DNA from: Amoebophrya sp. A120
Lineage: Eukaryota; Protista; Dinoflagellata
Direction of reading: 5' to 3'
DNA length: 64,000 bases
Assembly (NCBI GenBank): GCA_905178155.1
Contig: CAJINV010000009.1
Location: forward strand, 1-64,000
In this document: one piece after another, positions 34,861-47,366 of the stretch
How positions within the stretch are numbered: the first letter of the stretch is position 1
Layout: each line of letters starts with the position of its first letter
Program-made: the position numbers and the translations under genes
Notes under the pieces: generated by a model
Seen by the model: only the letters and a program-made list of their open reading frames with translations
Told to the model about the DNA's origin: nothing
Database searches by the model: none

Positions 34861-36612
34861 CACGACTCTGAGCATGACACGGGTAGCAACACTCTTTGGG
34901 TCCTGTAACTAACGCTCGGTGAGCTTTTAGACACATCCCGCAGCTTGATCCATCGTTATTACTTTATTGATGGGCCAGGGCCACAAGACGTTCATCATCT
35001 GCGGAACAAATTATGCGAATGAACTCTATTTCTGCCACGCTGTGCAAAAGCCTCTTTTTGCAGGTGCGTCTGGCGAAATAATATATTGCTTGTGACGACG
35101 CGGTTTGTAGTACGTGCCTGTTACAAGCAAAAACCGCCACGCAGCATGCACACAACTCTTAATCTAATGAACCACACCCACATACATTCACATAAACACA
35201 CGAAGCATAGGAGTTGTGATGGCGATAATTAATGGGATTGCGTCAGTTAGTGTTTATTTCTGTACTTCTGGTGCATTGAGTCATGGCGGAGTAAGTAACT
35301 TCTCTGCCAGATGAAACAAAGAAGTAACTCGTGCCCGTGCAAAAGTTCTGATGCAAAGTACGAAACATTGATGTCTTTTTGCGCATGCACGTAGTAACAC
35401 CGAACAACTTCAATTTTGCGTTTGCGTTTTTAAAGTCAGCCAAACCACATTAAGACGACCAGTAAATTAAAAGCTGTGATCCTCGTTTGTGTTGAATTGA
35501 AGCATAGCGGCTAAATGAGTGACCTCCTGTACCCCCAAAAAACACCCCGCCCCCACCCCTCCTTGAGTAGGACCCCCTACAAAAAAGTCCGCGGTTTCTG
35601 GCACAATTAGGTTGGGAGTTCTCCGACCAAGTATTAATTTTGTGCCCGAACGAACCGGCGGGAACCCAAAAGTATAATGTTCAGTGCATGAACCGGAACT
35701 CCCTTCAATGCATCGACGATATGAACATGAAAAACAAGAATCAAAAACAAAATTACACAACTACAATGCCATTTTTTCCTGCGCCGGTTTGTCTGTTCAG
35801 GTTTCACGCGAGCGCTGGTTGCATTTGATCGAAACCCGATTTTGACAAGCCAAATACGATCATGATGGGATGGTCTTTCAGGGGCCTCGGCATCTCCTCG
35901 AGAAATGGAGAAAGAACTTTCGGAAATGCTCTTGCTCGTGTGACGAGCACCTGAGAAAATCGGTCGCGATGCTGGACTTAGTGCGGTTTGCTACCTATGT
36001 TATTGCGCCTGTTGTGTCTGTCGCCATCAAAAAAGTTGCAAAATTAAGAGCGACAGAAATTCGGTTCGGTGACCGTGGCGGCTTTGTTTGGGGCCGCCAC
36101 TGGTCAGTTTCTGCCCTTATAAATCGAAAATAGTATCGATCTTGAACGAAACGGTTGCGGTTCCGAGAAGGAAAAAAAATACATACGCACAGATGATCAT
36201 CTGCGGAATTGTCGGTACAAGTGTGATGTGCACAAATGAAGCGCCAGTATAAAGAAGGGAAAAGGGGGAGCATGGGTGAACGTTTTTTGCTCTCACGAAG
36301 GGAGACATACGTCCGAACAATTGAAATTGGAAGTATCCTCTCCGAAGTACACTACAGGTCTCCGATAGTGGACTACTTCATCTATTAAGCTTTGTTTTGA
36401 TTGACTGAATCCGTTATCCTTGCGTAGGGTATCTATTTTGGCTTATTTAACCTCTTTATCATAAGTAGCATTATTCTTCGAATTTTGATCCTAGGACCAT
36501 TTCTTGTTGCAAACCTTCCGAATCTGAAACTCGATCGTATATTGTACTAAACTTGACAACTTCACACACCAGTTTTTCTTTTTGACTTGGGAGCTGCACG
36601 TAAACTAACATC

Positions 36613-37293
36613 ATGTTGTCCTCGTCGAGATCTGGTGTTGTTTCGAAGGCGGGCGCCTTGTTGTGTTGCCTCGGACTGTTTTCTCCGACTGGCGTTGCGG
36701 GAGCGGGGCCTTGGTGCCATAGAGGTCCGGTCAAGTCCACGGGGATCACCAATAGAAAAGACATAAAGATACAGACAAGTTCGCGTGACGCGGAAAGCTT
36801 GTGGACACCCACCAGGATCCGTGAAGACCGTGAAGAGAGCGAACGGAAATTTCTGGCCTTCTTATGGCAGAAGTATGGAGGGATTCCTCGGGATACGATC
36901 CCTGTTCAGAGAAGGGCTGATCTGGATGAGTTTAACCGTCGTCAAACCGATAACGATATAGAGTTAGAGGAATTAGCTGCGAAGACCCCTGAGTTGTTGC
37001 CTGAGCAAGATAGAGAGCGCGGTTCCGCCGATGCGACTACGGCTGGAAGCGTCGCTGGAAGTTCTTCAGCTGCGGCTCAAAGTGCAGCTCCAGCTGCGAC
37101 TGAATCGGCGGACGATTCTTGGACGTCACCGGAGTATTGGTCGAGGTCGACGCCGAGTCTTGACTGGGAAAGATCGCAACTACGCCAGGCAGGCTTGCAC
37201 CAGGACGTGTATCCTGGAGGTGAGTTCCGGGGGGATTTTGATCCAGACCTTCGACGCACCCGGAAGAACCACTGGGACGAGGACTGGTACTAG
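36613..37293 (+). CDS. Hypothetical secreted protein
   Basis: 226-aa ORF with signal-peptide-like ALLCCLGLFSPTGVAG. Confidence 0.55.
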   Translation: MLSSSRSGVVSKAGALLCCLGLFSPTGVAGAGPWCHRGPVKSTGITNRKDIKIQTSSRDAESLWTPTRIREDREESERKFLAFLWQKYGGIPRDTIPVQRRADLDEFNRRQTDNDIELEELAAKTPELLPEQDRERGSADATTAGSVAGSSSAAAQSAAPAATESADDSWTSPEYWSRSTPSLDWERSQLRQAGLHQDVYPGGEFRGDFDPDLRRTRKNHWDEDWY

Positions 37294-38860
37294 GGCGACT
37301 GGTAAACTTAGATGGTGCGAGCGAGCAACCTGTGTATATCACTACATTCGTTCTACATGCTATGGATGCGCAAGAAAACTTAGCGATCTTCTATATCGAC
37401 GAGGACAAGGAACAGGAAGTAGGAGGACCGACAAAATGGGTAGTGAACAAGAGCTATTTTTTTTTCTTCGGTTCAACCCAAAAAGACAGACTAAGCATTA
37501 CCAACTCTCGCAATTTGCTCCGGATACAGTGATCTACTCGGACTTCTTTATTTTCTTGCTTTTGTGCAATTACAGTATACATGAAAGACCTCTGACATAC
37601 TACTTGTGGCTCTATATTACCTCATATGGCTCTTATATATATACGGCATCGGAGATCTGGACACCCTCGCATGTCCCGAGCGGCTTGCGCGGATCCCCAC
37701 TTATGCTAGATGCTGCACGGCAGAAGGTGATAGCACAGACGACGAGCACTGAACCCATGTCGGGAGATCAGTGCTGTTCCTAACATTCTAACTTTCAGCG
37801 ATCCACCCTGCATAGACCTCCTGTTAACACAGGCAGCAGCATCAACTTCTGAACGCCATATACCTATAAGTATAAGTAAAGTACTGCAACTCATAAGTAA
37901 GCCGCTGCTCGACTCCATGGAGTTGAAGTGCGCACTTTTGTGATAGAAGAAAAGAAAAGTACACAGGCAGCAGTTTTTCAGTGAATCGCTGAAGAGCGGC
38001 AACCACTGTGAACAAGTACCACGTACACGCAAACTCAATCCAAATGATCAAGCATGTCCCGATTTCAAAGCTTTACCTTCGTGATGAAGAAGATAGCGGC
38101 ATGAATTATGTCGTGCAGGCAAGTAATCTCTTTACCTCTTTGTTTGGCCAAAAGTTGTACGAGGGCGCACCAAGCACGCACGTACAGCAAAACGGCAACA
38201 ACCATGACGACAACGAGAAGGGGCCTGCGTTGTATAATTCTCATCGTCTCTGTCTCTCGAAACCCCAGCCCCACTCCGTGTAAAAACACTAAGAGTGCTC
38301 GATTAGAAATCTTAGAAATACAGATGGTGAACTACACCGACCCTAGACCACCCGTACAGTGATGAAGGTTTTCGCGCCAAAAGAACCTTGGCATAACTCT
38401 GCCAAAGATGCAGAGCCAACGGAAGTTGTAGCGGCGTAGCGGCACCATCGCCCTCGCAACGAACACGTATTCTGAAAGACAGCCTGAATTTGCGTGTCTT
38501 CTTGCGTCCATGCATTCGTCTGTGGCCGAGTTTTTAGTCCGAGGAAAATATCTCTTGTTCGTTGCGAGTTTTGCTTTCCGGATTGAGTGCCTCATTGGTA
38601 CTAGTATACAGCTGAACGAACCAGCGATAGACCAGCATGAACAAAGTCGAGCGAGCAGAGAGGTGCGCGTGAAGTCAGTGGTTGAGAAAAAGAAAATTGG
38701 AGCTTGTTCCAATGGATCCAGATTATCCTTGCACTGAATTTTGAAAGTGCTTTCCCCGAAGGATCTTTCTTTTTATTTCGAGAACAAAAAGCAACTGAAT
38801 ATTTGTGGCATGTAGTTCAATTGAAATTGAAGCCTCTACCCCAGAAGTACGTCCGCGCTC

Positions 38861-39931
38861 ATGCCGCTCCTGGGACGGGACCACTTGACTCGGGGCCAAA
38901 GTCATCCTCCGCGGCCACGTACTAAGTTTTGCTTCGCGGCGACCGAAGTCTTTGTTTGTTTTGTCGTGTACGCGCTATTATTTTCATCGTCACCACTCGG
39001 GACCGACAAGGGCTTTTCTTTGAGCCACGGGCTGATTTACTTTCTGAAGCACTTTTTGCACGTCAAAGCCGAAGCCGTCGATTCTTTTTTCACGAAACAG
39101 CGCGACTTAGACGAGAAGCAAAAGCTGTTACTATTTTTTGGCGCGGTTTTCTATTCGTTAAAAGTAACCACTTGGAATTTCTGTTTAAACCACACGGAAT
39201 CTGTCACGCTCATCAGCGGCTTGTTTATTGGCGGATGCTTTCACTTATTTTTCTTTTCTGCGACGGTGCTACTTGCAATACTAGCGTTTTCGCCGCATAA
39301 ACTTTCCACCACCAACGCCGTCCTGTGTTCGTTTCTGCTAGTGTCTGGCCTCGCACTGGAGCTGTACGCCGACTACGAATTGCACGCGTTCAAGCGAAGG
39401 AAGCTTTTACTGGCTTCTTCACAGAACAACAGCGTGACCGCACCTCACCCGAGCGGCTCCAATATCTACTCCGATCGGGCAACATCGGGGACCTCCGGAC
39501 GGGCGGAAGAGCGTGCGACTTACGACCTCGACCGACTGTTAGTGGATGATTCGTCTTCTACGTCGAATTTGGCTCCTACAACCGACAAAGCTGGCGCACA
39601 GCCACGGCTCCTCACGACGGGACTGCACGCGTATTCGCGGCACCCGAGCTACTTTTTCAACTGCTTTTCTTTTCTCGGCTACGCGGGTCTGAGCGGCTTC
39701 TTCGTTTACGGGATCGTGTGGTTTCTGCTGATGGTTGCCTGGGTATATTTCCAATCCGGCCCCGCGTTGGAGAAGCACATGGCTGTTCGTTACGGCGAAG
39801 AGTGGAGCGAGTATTGCAAACAGGTGCCCTTTTTCTGGCCGAAGAAGCTGCTGCTGCTAGGCTTCTTTGGGAGCAGGCGAGGTGAAGAAGATTTGGTGAC
39901 AGGAGCAAGACCACAAGAAGAAATCGTCTAA
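38861..39931 (+). CDS. DUF1295 / steroid 5-alpha-reductase-like membrane protein
   Basis: ELYADYELHAFK, LLTTGLHAYSRHPSYF, YGEEWSEYCKQVPFFWP and several TM segments; start uncertain. Confidence 0.8.
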   Translation: MPLLGRDHLTRGQSHPPRPRTKFCFAATEVFVCFVVYALLFSSSPLGTDKGFSLSHGLIYFLKHFLHVKAEAVDSFFTKQRDLDEKQKLLLFFGAVFYSLKVTTWNFCLNHTESVTLISGLFIGGCFHLFFFSATVLLAILAFSPHKLSTTNAVLCSFLLVSGLALELYADYELHAFKRRKLLLASSQNNSVTAPHPSGSNIYSDRATSGTSGRAEERATYDLDRLLVDDSSSTSNLAPTTDKAGAQPRLLTTGLHAYSRHPSYFFNCFSFLGYAGLSGFFVYGIVWFLLMVAWVYFQSGPALEKHMAVRYGEEWSEYCKQVPFFWPKKLLLLGFFGSRRGEEDLVTGARPQEEIV

Positions 39932-40477
39932 CATATTTAGAGAATTTATACTAAAATCTCGTCTATTCTCCTCCTGATGCCATCGAGATGATTTGGTTGC
40001 CCTTGTTGCCATCATGAGGAAACATATTCGGAGGAAGAAATGCATTGAAGTTCTGGCTTCATTTTTCCATGTGAAGCAAGCTGATATTCAGGAGGTACTG
40101 GTCAGAGCGGGAGCATGTGTTGCTCGTCCTATCGCGTCCAACAAGAGAACTCGACTCACAGTACTAATCGATCTCGCAGTACTAGGTGTGCCACACCACG
40201 AGCGAAGCCTCTTGTGAGCGACATTTCTGAGGGAGATTGCTGAACTACTTAGAGAAAAGTCTAGTTCGCAAGCCTCGGTTTCTGCGTTCGAGAATCGTTG
40301 TTGCTGCTCTTCGACTGCGATGAACGGGCGAAGCCAAAATTGATGCCCAACGTGTGACATCAAAAGCACAGCACCACTGCAGCACTCGTCAATAGGGTAA
40401 GGACTTAGTTGCCAACTGAGGCATAGTTTCAAGCTTATATATTCAAAAGAAGTGTTCGCGCTATCAAAGAACGCAAA

Positions 40478-43400
40478 ATGTTGAAAATCGCATCCTTGTT
40501 CCTGCCCCTGTACGGCGGGGGCGTCGTCTGGCAGATACAACTTTCCGCATTTAATATCGCAGTCCTGGCCGCGGAACAGGAGCAACCAGCCGAGAGCGAA
40601 GCGGTGTTGGCACAATACCTGCAGAAAATGATTCAAGCCGAGCGGGAGGAACAGGAACGCGAGGCACAAAAGGAAAAATTGCGGATGAACACCATGGGCG
40701 ATAATCAGCAGGCGACTTACGCCGGTGCAGCACTGAAGTCGGAGGACATGCAGTCCGGTGGCGCCGCAAAGGATGATGAAAGCAAAACTTCCGCAGGCAA
40801 GACGGCTCGAAACGTTCGTGTGCCTGCTTCGTCCGAGGTCGCCACCAAAGTAGACAATGCTGGTTCAACATCTTCGCAAAGCTCTGGCGGACGAGGAGTG
40901 TCGGAACGACAGGAAGTGGTAGCACGACTCCCAGCGGAGCAGCAGCGGCCAGTAGCGATGGCTGAGAAAAACGATGAGATGATGGCCGCCCTGCTGTTGC
41001 AAAGGCTGTTGGGACAACAGAATGAGAATGCGCAAGGCACAACTCCAGATGAAGTGCAGGCAACGCCAGCTGGAAACTTTGTCCCCATAGTCCGACGGAG
41101 CGGTCCCGGGGGCGCTCCGATGATCGGATTTCCTGGAGCTGTCGAACAACAGCAGGAGGTGCCGCAGCCGCGGGAACCAGCACAAGGGCAGCATCAACAA
41201 ACAGCGCAGGAGGCACAAGAGCAGCGCGCTCCGGAAGAGGTCTTCGTCGTGACGCAGCAGGGGCAGCCCCCGCGCGTCATCGTGATGCGGCCTCCCAGCC
41301 CGGACGGTCGTAGCGGCGGTGCCAGCAGTGCGGCGCGCGCGCCGATGCCGGCTGCGAGTCCTGCTCCCGTTCGGAAGCATGAAGATTCCCCACAGGATGA
41401 AAACCAGGAGCTGCTCGCGAAGCTGCTAGCTGAGTTGTCGCAGTCAGGTGGCGGAAGTGATGCTGCAGAGCACGAGGATGCAGCTTCGGTGCCTGGAAGC
41501 CACTATGCTGGCAGCGGAGGAATGGGACACCCGCAGGGCGGTCGTTCGGGGGAAAAGCAGCAGCCGAACGGGCAGGCAAAGCGGAGTCAGGAAAGTGCCC
41601 CTGTCGTTGCTGCGAAAAGCAGTGGCGTCGGCGAACAGGAACCGGACCAGGCGCTTTCTGCACTGCTTGCCCCGTTACTGGCAGATGGGCCGCCCGGAGC
41701 CCCCGCGGACGAGCAGAAACAAGATGGTGCGCATGCGGAAGAGGAAGACGAGGCACAAGCACAAGGCTCTACAGAACGGGAACAGCAGTCCAAGACACAT
41801 CCCACGTCCTCTGCCCCGGCGGCAAGTCCGCAAGAGCAGTTGCAACTTGCAGAGGCCCTGGCGAATCTGGGGCTCCTCACGGGTGCGGGCGCTGCTGCAG
41901 CGGAGCCTGCGGAAGGTGGCGGCGCATCGGCGCAGGGAGTGCGGCAGAGACGACCGAACACGAAAAACACTGACGCACGGATTGAATCGGCGCCTACTGG
42001 AGCTTCAGAACAGGAAGAGCAGCAAGCCGAAGGGGAACCTGAAGCGCAGCCCGAAAGTAGTTCTACTCCGGAGCAGCAGCAAGACTCCACGACTGCGTCC
42101 TCCGTGCAGGCGGCACCTGCTGCTGCCCCCGTTGACCAGCAAAGCTCTGCGCAGCGAAGTAGCGATCACGACGTGGGGCAACAATTGCTGGCGCTGCTGA
42201 AAGAACGCGGTTTACTGCTGCCAGAAGCTGCTGGAAGTGCGGTGGATGCTCCCTCGCCGGCCGCCCCATCATCCGACGCTCAGGCAGCTTCCGCGTTCCT
42301 GCAACTCCTGCAGGAGGCCCTGCTTGCAGGAGGGAGCGTGCGGGTGCTTACCCCGGACGAGAAAGAATTCCACCAGGACGAGGCGGCTTCGAAAGCTGAA
42401 TCGAAAGAGCACGTGGCGGAGGGGTTCAACCTGGACTCAATCACGGAGTGCGGCCCGGGTTTGGCCTGTCCGGGGCAAGAGGAGGCTGAGCCAAAACCCG
42501 CACGAAAAACGGACTCCTTCCTGCAGATGAACGTCGGTGGCAGTGGGGATGCTGCCGTGGCACCAGCGGCGGGCGGTGGGGATGCTGCGGTGGCACCGGC
42601 GGCGGGCGGTGGTGGTCGAAGCAAAGGCGGGCTGAGGATCATCAGACTGCAGCGCCGGTCGCGAGACCCATCACAGGGTGGTGTCTTACCCCAACAGGAT
42701 CCCAGTTCCGACAGCGGGAACCAGGCAGCAATGCCGTCGAAGGACTTTTCTGAGCAGGAGCGAATGGCGGAGGAGGAAAATTTTGCGGTGAACAACGAAG
42801 AAAGGGGTGCCTCATCGAAGGGTCCGCCACGGGATGATCCATCACAGACCCAAATCACGAATCCGGCAAGTGCGAACAATAATCCGCCACAGCTGCTTGC
42901 CTCGGAGCAGTCCACGATGACCGACACGCGGGATGCGGCACAGCAGGCAACGCAGCAGCCCGCGACGGCTAGTGTTTCGCAGGAGCATGATTCGCAACAC
43001 GCGAATCCGGCACAGAACGCCTATGAGAACTACACCCCGACGAACGCTGCGCAGCGAGGTGGTGACTCGACCGCGAGCACTGCAGCGTCCCAAGAACCAC
43101 AACCGTCCAGTCAGCCGCCGGATCCGTACGCATGGTACAATAACGAAATCCAAGCACAGCAAACAGGGAAGCGGAACTTGCCCAAGCTGCCGGCGATGGA
43201 GGCGCTAGAAGACCGTTTGCATGAACTTGAATACGAGCAAACGGCGCGGCAAGGACGGTGGCCCTACACAGAATGGATTTACAACGGGATCAAGAGCGCG
43301 GTGTTGGGGCTCGGAAATTTACCCACCTTGATCCGCGATTATTTCTACGGCGAAAACAGCAGCGGGAACGAAAATGGAGGAAATCCTGACTCTGCTGCTG

Positions 43401-44416
43401 TTGGCTCAAGTTCCGCGAGTTCGAACGATAATGAGAACCAGCAGCAGGTCCGTGGTAGCTCGTCCACGACCACGGGAGCGCAGAACGAAAACTTCGCAGC
43501 AAACAGTTATGACCAGCAGTCGATGGCCCCGAATTTCTATCCCGCCTCGCAATCATCGTACAACTCTTACGCTCCACAACAGAATACCGTACCCAGCGCT
43601 CCTTCCGACAAGAAATCGAGCGCATTCGCTCAACTTGAACACCCCGGCGTGCAGAGATCGTTCGGCTCCATGTTGCCGACGAATTTCCTGGAGCTTGAGC
43701 ACGTGAATCTGCACAAGAAACGCAACGGCGCCCGGGAATTAGTGTCGTTTCAAGAGCAATTGCAGCATCTCCAGGAGCTCGAAGAGCAGTTCTATCCAGC
43801 GAGTGGCACGACCACCAGCGAAAGTCTGCAGGTGAAACCGGCACCAGCGAAGACAAAGCGTCGCCACCGGGGCCACTACTCCAGCGGCGGGGGCATGTCT
43901 GCGAGGAGGAACAGCAACCACGCCGCGGTTTCCGAAGTTGCGGTTTTCGTCCCTCCCGAAGTAGATGCAACAGAGCGTGCAGCGAGAGCATCAAGTGTCA
44001 GGCACGCAGAAGAAGAGTCTTTTTCTCTTCTGGAACAACCAGGCAGCGGCCTTTCGCAGACCGACGAATTGATGAAGATGTTTGCCGTGAGCAACAGAAA
44101 TGCGACAAACGGAACCGCAGGTGCAAATGCCACTGCCGACGATTCGTTTTCGATCCCGACCAGCACCGACGAGGCAGAGGAGTTCCTGGACACCTGGTTT
44201 GGGAAGCTGGTGCTCGGCTTGGGGATCACCGGCGGGGGTGTTTCCTTGACGGCCCTGATCGCGGTCTATACGTGTTACTCAAGGGTGGCGTGGCTCATCC
44301 CCTACCTGTGCTACCCTTTCCGCTGCCTCTACTGCTTGTGTCAGTGCTGCTGTTCCACGGGCGGAGAGAAGGAACAGGCGGGGGCGCAGGAAGACGGGCC
44401 GGTCGAAGAAGTTTGA
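40478..44416 (+). CDS. Large low-complexity (Q/E/A/S) membrane-anchored protein with Cys-rich tail
   Basis: 1312-aa ORF; C-terminal TM followed by CLYCLCQCCC; 33-nt internal repeat encoding GDAAVAPAAGG. Confidence 0.75.
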   Translation: MLKIASLFLPLYGGGVVWQIQLSAFNIAVLAAEQEQPAESEAVLAQYLQKMIQAEREEQEREAQKEKLRMNTMGDNQQATYAGAALKSEDMQSGGAAKDDESKTSAGKTARNVRVPASSEVATKVDNAGSTSSQSSGGRGVSERQEVVARLPAEQQRPVAMAEKNDEMMAALLLQRLLGQQNENAQGTTPDEVQATPAGNFVPIVRRSGPGGAPMIGFPGAVEQQQEVPQPREPAQGQHQQTAQEAQEQRAPEEVFVVTQQGQPPRVIVMRPPSPDGRSGGASSAARAPMPAASPAPVRKHEDSPQDENQELLAKLLAELSQSGGGSDAAEHEDAASVPGSHYAGSGGMGHPQGGRSGEKQQPNGQAKRSQESAPVVAAKSSGVGEQEPDQALSALLAPLLADGPPGAPADEQKQDGAHAEEEDEAQAQGSTEREQQSKTHPTSSAPAASPQEQLQLAEALANLGLLTGAGAAAAEPAEGGGASAQGVRQRRPNTKNTDARIESAPTGASEQEEQQAEGEPEAQPESSSTPEQQQDSTTASSVQAAPAAAPVDQQSSAQRSSDHDVGQQLLALLKERGLLLPEAAGSAVDAPSPAAPSSDAQAASAFLQLLQEALLAGGSVRVLTPDEKEFHQDEAASKAESKEHVAEGFNLDSITECGPGLACPGQEEAEPKPARKTDSFLQMNVGGSGDAAVAPAAGGGDAAVAPAAGGGGRSKGGLRIIRLQRRSRDPSQGGVLPQQDPSSDSGNQAAMPSKDFSEQERMAEEENFAVNNEERGASSKGPPRDDPSQTQITNPASANNNPPQLLASEQSTMTDTRDAAQQATQQPATASVSQEHDSQHANPAQNAYENYTPTNAAQRGGDSTASTAASQEPQPSSQPPDPYAWYNNEIQAQQTGKRNLPKLPAMEALEDRLHELEYEQTARQGRWPYTEWIYNGIKSAVLGLGNLPTLIRDYFYGENSSGNENGGNPDSAAVGSSSASSNDNENQQQVRGSSSTTTGAQNENFAANSYDQQSMAPNFYPASQSSYNSYAPQQNTVPSAPSDKKSSAFAQLEHPGVQRSFGSMLPTNFLELEHVNLHKKRNGARELVSFQEQLQHLQELEEQFYPASGTTTSESLQVKPAPAKTKRRHRGHYSSGGGMSARRNSNHAAVSEVAVFVPPEVDATERAARASSVRHAEEESFSLLEQPGSGLSQTDELMKMFAVSNRNATNGTAGANATADDSFSIPTSTDEAEEFLDTWFGKLVLGLGITGGGVSLTALIAVYTCYSRVAWLIPYLCYPFRCLYCLCQCCCSTGGEKEQAGAQEDGPVEEV

Positions 44417-44678
44417 AGGAAGTAGACACGTATACACCACTAAGTAAGAAGCTTTGTCTTGAAAAGGAAGCGACTATGTAACAAACTAAATGTACCGAAT
44501 AGGAGATCATAGCTGTGCCTGTAATTTATGACTTTTTCGTAAAATCCAGATGAGGATACCCTATCTAAGTGTAAGTGATTTGTACAAAATCCTATTCCTT
44601 GTTCTGTATGTAAGATCCTAGATCAATGTACCTCCTTGAAGGCAAACAAATTGAATTCCTTGATGAGTAGTATTGTAT

Positions 44679-45372
44679 GTAGTGAGGTCACGAACGTTCT
44701 AATCTAGTGGTTTTTTTGACAGGCAGTGCGCAAAACGACCGGCAGTTTTCAAGCGGCCGGAAGTGTTTTTGGGCATAAAAAATTTTCAATTCTCAAGCGG
44801 CCGGGGCTTTGCCGTCAAACAAGCCCGAGCGGATTCTATCGATTCCCGCTTGATAAAACGACGCAGGGGAGCCGGCAAAAGGGGCGCCCTTCTGAGGCGC
44901 CCACCGCCTTAGTTTCTGGCGGTTTGGGCCGCCCAAAAAGGGGCGTTCAAAAAGCAGCAGTCCGAAAAAAACAGCGAAGCCGCATGGTATGGGCCCCATT
45001 TTGGCCCACATCCGGGCCGCCCAAAAGACGCCACCAAAATCCGCCATTTCAGAGGCGGACTTAAGGCCAGAAGATGCGGCGTTTTAACAAAAAAAACCAA
45101 AAAAAACAAAGTCAGCCAAAAGCAAAAAGCGAATCCGCATGCTATGGGCCCGATTTGGGGGCCCATGGGGCCGACCCGGGGGTGGGGCCTGGCGGGGCCA
45201 TAGCATGCGGCGAAGGTTTTTCGATTCGAAACCAAATGGAGGCCAGTTCTGGATCGACATTTTTAGCGACCGCCGTGCCGTCGTGCATAACATTACTCAC
45301 GATGGCGCGGTGGGCAGAGAAGTCGCTTCTGTTTTTAGCGTGAAGACAAAAAAACCGCCATGACCTCACTAC
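44679..45372. mobile_element. Possible intergenic MITE-like element
   Basis: Terminal gtagtgaggtca / tgacctcactac plus ggtttttttg / caaaaaaacc; internal repeats caagcggccgg x2 and ccgcatgNtatgggccc x2. No TSD. Confidence 0.45.
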
Positions 45373-45983
45373 CCCCGCTGAGGCGGCTATTATTGGTATT
45401 TCTGTTTCGGGCGCTTGCGCTGAAAGGAAAGCAGAAGCCACTGTGCGCAAAGGCAGTTGCAAAAGATTCTGCCGATGAAGAAGACAAAGAGCGTCCTGTA
45501 CTTGACCCAGCCTTGCGTAGAGAGAACAGATAAAAAAAAAAGCAGCGCAGGCACTGTCGCTTTGCGGAAATACGAGGCAAGTTTGTTTCCTCTCATGATC
45601 GTTCACTCCAAAAATAGAAAAGGTTTTTTTGAAATCGTTGGATCGAAATCGCGCAGAAAGATCCACAGCACAAAAAGTAGTCGCGTAGGACGGATCCAAC
45701 GCTAAACGAGGTGAATCGTTGCCAGATCATACGGATTCTGACCGTAACAGGAAAGAATATTCGCAACTCATGAATTAATTTTACCAAGATCCCAGAATCT
45801 CAGAGCAGGCACCAGAAAGAGACCAGAGTACTGAAATTCTTTGTTTGAAGATTCTTCTTTTCCCGCCTTCTACGATCTGGACAGTGCTGTTGCTGTTGTA
45901 GTTTACGAATCTTTATTCCACAGACATCATCGTACTTAATTTGAGTAGCTAAAGGCCTTTGTCGTACGACGAAAACCGTCATC

Positions 45984-46592
45984 ATGCCGAAGAGAAAGCC
46001 GGGCAGGGGGCCCTTCGTTCGCATTCCGCAATACGCGAAGAAGGAAATCCAGGAGTTGCGGAAGAAACAGAAAGCCAGAGCGGAACGGGAGGAACAGAGG
46101 TTACGGGAGGAGTACCCAAGCGATTACGAGGACGAGGAAACGAAAAACGACGACAACAAGAATTCATCTGCGGCCAATGAAATAAATGACAACAGCAGCG
46201 TCCTCGACGACGAGAAAGATGCAAATGGGGAGGAGCAAGTTACGACCCTCGAGAGGACGTTAGCAACAAGCAAGAATCCGGACGTTCGCAAGGCCGTGAA
46301 GGACTTCGTGGAGATGGGCAAGCAGCGCCGGAAGACTTTTGAGAGGTTGCAGAAAAAGGAGAACTTCTTCGTCAAAAGTGAGAAATCCGTCGAAAAACTT
46401 TTGAAAATCACCGGGAAGGACGGGGTGGAGCACGCCGTGGGGAACTGCTTCGACGAGATGAAACTGCGCCGAGAGTTTCCGGACCAGGGCGTCGGGCACA
46501 AATACTTCAGCAGTGGGAAGTTTGAAATCAAGTACGTGCTGTCCACAGAAGGGATTCCAGTCTGTTTAGTGGTAAAGAGACCGAAGGTGTAG
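45984..46592 (+). CDS. Hypothetical charged protein
   Basis: 202-aa ATG ORF with GC3-rich codons like neighbouring genes. Confidence 0.65.
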   Translation: MPKRKPGRGPFVRIPQYAKKEIQELRKKQKARAEREEQRLREEYPSDYEDEETKNDDNKNSSAANEINDNSSVLDDEKDANGEEQVTTLERTLATSKNPDVRKAVKDFVEMGKQRRKTFERLQKKENFFVKSEKSVEKLLKITGKDGVEHAVGNCFDEMKLRREFPDQGVGHKYFSSGKFEIKYVLSTEGIPVCLVVKRPKV

Positions 46593-47366
46593 GAACTAAA
46601 AGGCGAAGAAGCGCAGCACGTCTTTGTAAACTTTATTGTTGAACATGAACTTGCGAACTGTGGCATTGAAACTTGTTGCGGCCAGCGCTCATGCTCTTGC
46701 ACAAGCGAGAATATCACAAAATGAGTGAAAACAATGACGGCCGCGTAACGGATGAAGATTCTAAAGGTATTCGCGGCTGTTCGCCTCTGCTGTTCCTGTT
46801 CTGTTCTTGCCAATCGTTTCCTTTTTTAGAGGCAGACGCATGATGTTCCATTTTTTTCACCTTGGCGTCCAATAGAGTTGTCACAGTGCCAAAGAAGCTT
46901 GCGCTAAATTGTTTTTTTGGACCGAGAGAGTTTTTCTTTTTGTGCCACTTCGTCCTTTTTTGTCGTTGTCTTCGAGAAGTTTTGTGCGTTTCTTTCTTTT
47001 TTTAGTTTCACTTTTAAAGTGAAACATGGCATTAAAATCAATCGATGTTTTTCCATGCAGTGGCAGTTGGGCACGTAGATCCCCGTGCTCCATTTCGCAA
47101 GCTCTACCATCCGTCGACACCAGTTTTTTTGAAAAAAATTTTCAAGCTTTACTGGACCAGCCGCTTCCCGTCACCTTCGTATTCGTTTCTTCTTTCGTAT
47201 TCGTTAAGACTATTGAAATTTGCGTCGGCTTCTGCTTTCGACGAAAGCTGCAACTCAGAGTATGATTGCGACTAGAAGTCTGGAAGATGAAATTACACCT
47301 CTAGTCCCCGATTGTTTCGCATCGACGCAGCAAGTATTCAACGAAAACGTGCGTAAGACGGATATC

